Assembly: GCA_965200245.1 (NCBI GenBank)
Contig: CBDATS010000004.1
Span: 1,376,001 to 1,440,000, forward strand
DNA length: 64,000 nucleotides
Direction: 5' to 3'
Source of the DNA: a bacterium
Lineage (GTDB): Bacteria > UBA8248
In this document: in pieces, positions 62,325 through 64,000 of the stretch
How the letters are laid out: each line of letters starts with the position of its first letter
Position numbering within the stretch: the first letter of the stretch is position 1
Notes under the pieces: generated by a model
The model's database searches: none
Seen by the model: the letters and a program-made list of their open reading frames with translations, nothing else
Told to the model about the DNA's origin: nothing
Made by a program: the position numbers and the translations under genes

Positions 62325-63941
62325 TCAGATTCCCAGCAGAGGTTTCGCAACCTCTCGCGCCTGATCCAGGTTTTCGAGGATGCGATCGGGCGGCACCTCG
62401 CGCAGGATGTCGAGCGCTTCCAAGGTCTCCGCCACGTTCCCCGAAAGTCCGATGACGATGGATTCCGTTCCCTCCTCGGTGGCGACATCGATGAGTTGCT
62501 TGATGACCATGGCGGCGCTGTCGTCGATGTAGGTGGCTTCCTTGAAATTGAAGATCACGACCTCGTGATCCTTGATGTCGAGGCTTATCGTCCGCACCAG
62601 TTTTTTGGACGACGCGACGGTGAAGCTTCCCCGGAGCGCTACCATGCCGACGCGCGCCTCGAACGGGTCGACCCCTTCCACTTCTTCTCCCTCGTATAGG
62701 AACATTTCATCCAGCAGGGGCACGGAAACCACACTGTCGAGTTCCATATATTCGAGTTGTCCCGCGTGAGCCATACCCGCGACGATGAGACCAATTGCCA
62801 CAGCACTTATGAGGTCGACGAACACCGTGAGGAGCAGTGTCGTCAATAGAACGAAAAGATACTCGCGCCGGATACGGTGGAGGCGGGTGAGCAGGTGCCA
62901 GTCGATGATGTCCCACCCCACCTTCATGAGTACGCCTGCAAGAGCGGCGATCGGAATCGACTCGACGTAGGGTCCCAGACCCAGCAGGATCGCCAGCAGA
63001 AACACCGCGAATATCGCCCCCGCCGCCCGGGTCTGCCCGCCCGATCGGATGTTGGGCACCGTGTAGACCGGGGTACCCGCGCCGGGCAACCCGCCGATGA
63101 GACCTGCCGCCGCGTTTCCCACGCCTTGGCCGATGAGTTCTCGGTCCGGGTCGTGGCTCGTTCGGGTGAGCGAGTCGGCCACGAGGCAGGTGAGGAGGCT
63201 CACCACCGAACCGATGAGGGCAAGGATGAGCGCGGGCTCCAACGCGCGCACCAGAAAACTGAGTGAGGGCAGCCCAATTTGCAGGCCCGGAAGACCCACC
63301 GGCACTTGCCCGATGACGGGCGCATCATGGAGGAACAAGATGCCAATGGGCGTGCCCGCGAGAAGTCCCACAAGGGGAGTGGGGAATATCTTTCGGAACC
63401 GCGGCGGCCAGAAGATGGCGACGCCGAGCGTTACAACGCCGACTCCCAAAGCGTCCCAGTTGATTTTGGCCAGCGCTTCCGGAAGTGCAAGAATCATCCC
63501 CACGGCCCCGCCGGGTGCAGGGGCCGATCCCAAAAAGGGCAAGACCTGAATCGCCATCACGAGGACGCCGATGCCGGACATGAAGCCCGAGACGACCATG
63601 TAGGGCGTGTAGGCCACGAAGCGACCGAGCTTCAACACGCCCAGAAGCGCCTGGAGGAGACCGCCCATCACGACAACCGTCAAGGCTTCTGTGAAGTTAT
63701 CCGCATAAGTGGTGATGATGACCGCCATGACGATGGCCATCGGCGCCGTGGGGCCGGAAATCTGGGTCCGCGTGCCGCCGAAGACCGCCGCGAAAAACCC
63801 CACCGCTATCGCGCCGTAAAGCCCCGCCGCGGCACCCATCCCGGATGCAACGCCGTAGGCCAGCGACAGCGGCAGGGCCACTACCATGGCAGTGACGCCA
63901 CCGAACAGGTCTCCGCGAAACGTATCGAAATCGTATTTCAC
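62325..63941 (-). CDS. SulP/SLC26 anion (BicA-like bicarbonate) transporter with STAS domain
   Basis: GDLFGGVTA..VALPL, QISGPTAPM, RELIGQG.GN, STAS YIDDSA; start uncertain near the window edge. Confidence 0.92.
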   Translation of the reverse strand: MKYDFDTFRGDLFGGVTAMVVALPLSLAYGVASGMGAAAGLYGAIAVGFFAAVFGGTRTQISGPTAPMAIVMAVIITTYADNFTEALTVVVMGGLLQALLGVLKLGRFVAYTPYMVVSGFMSGIGVLVMAIQVLPFLGSAPAPGGAVGMILALPEALAKINWDALGVGVVTLGVAIFWPPRFRKIFPTPLVGLLAGTPIGILFLHDAPVIGQVPVGLPGLQIGLPSLSFLVRALEPALILALIGSVVSLLTCLVADSLTRTSHDPDRELIGQGVGNAAAGLIGGLPGAGTPVYTVPNIRSGGQTRAAGAIFAVFLLAILLGLGPYVESIPIAALAGVLMKVGWDIIDWHLLTRLHRIRREYLFVLLTTLLLTVFVDLISAVAIGLIVAGMAHAGQLEYMELDSVVSVPLLDEMFLYEGEEVEGVDPFEARVGMVALRGSFTVASSKKLVRTISLDIKDHEVVIFNFKEATYIDDSAAMVIKQLIDVATEEGTESIVIGLSGNVAETLEALDILREVPPDRILENLDQAREVAKPLLGI

Positions 63942-64000
63942 GCGCTGCTCCCCCTTCGTGTATTTCATCACTGAAAATGCGTTTGAGCGTTTTTTCACAG

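Noticed and set aside
1-64000. CRISPR array, prophage, integrase or autonomous transposase
   Set aside because: No regularly spaced repeats or such genes were seen. The two tRNAs are flanked by housekeeping genes with no att duplication.

Overview
64 kb of chromosome from a GC-rich diderm bacterium. It carries Mla, RNase Y/YmdB, a ChdC-type heme enzyme and SelA/SelB. The gene content loosely suggests a Nitrospinota/Tectomicrobia-like or sponge-associated lineage, but that is inference only. Bases 1-31 kb are mostly housekeeping: ltaE, mlaEDC, alaS, a mutase large subunit, ymdB-rny-ygfA-6S RNA-zapA, pheST, rplT-rpmI-infC-thrS, tRNA-Val, clpXP-tig, tRNA-Leu, metH and folE2. Bases 31-64 kb are accessory metabolism. 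Highlights: (1) a 705-bp non-autonomous mobile cassette (50664-51368) with ~29-bp imperfect terminal inverted repeats and a perfect 8-bp target-site duplication. Its cargo is an NHLP/proteusin-type RiPP precursor gene, and it has inserted into and broken a CxxCH cytochrome c gene. (2) A deiodinase-like selenoprotein that the ORF track splits at an in-frame UGA followed by a clear SECIS-like hairpin, with selA/selB 7-11 kb away. (3) A small secreted-protein gene with two in-frame TAG codons, both in CTAGG context (former CCAGG sites). (4) A frameshifted SCO gene. All family calls come from recognising motifs by eye; no searches were run.
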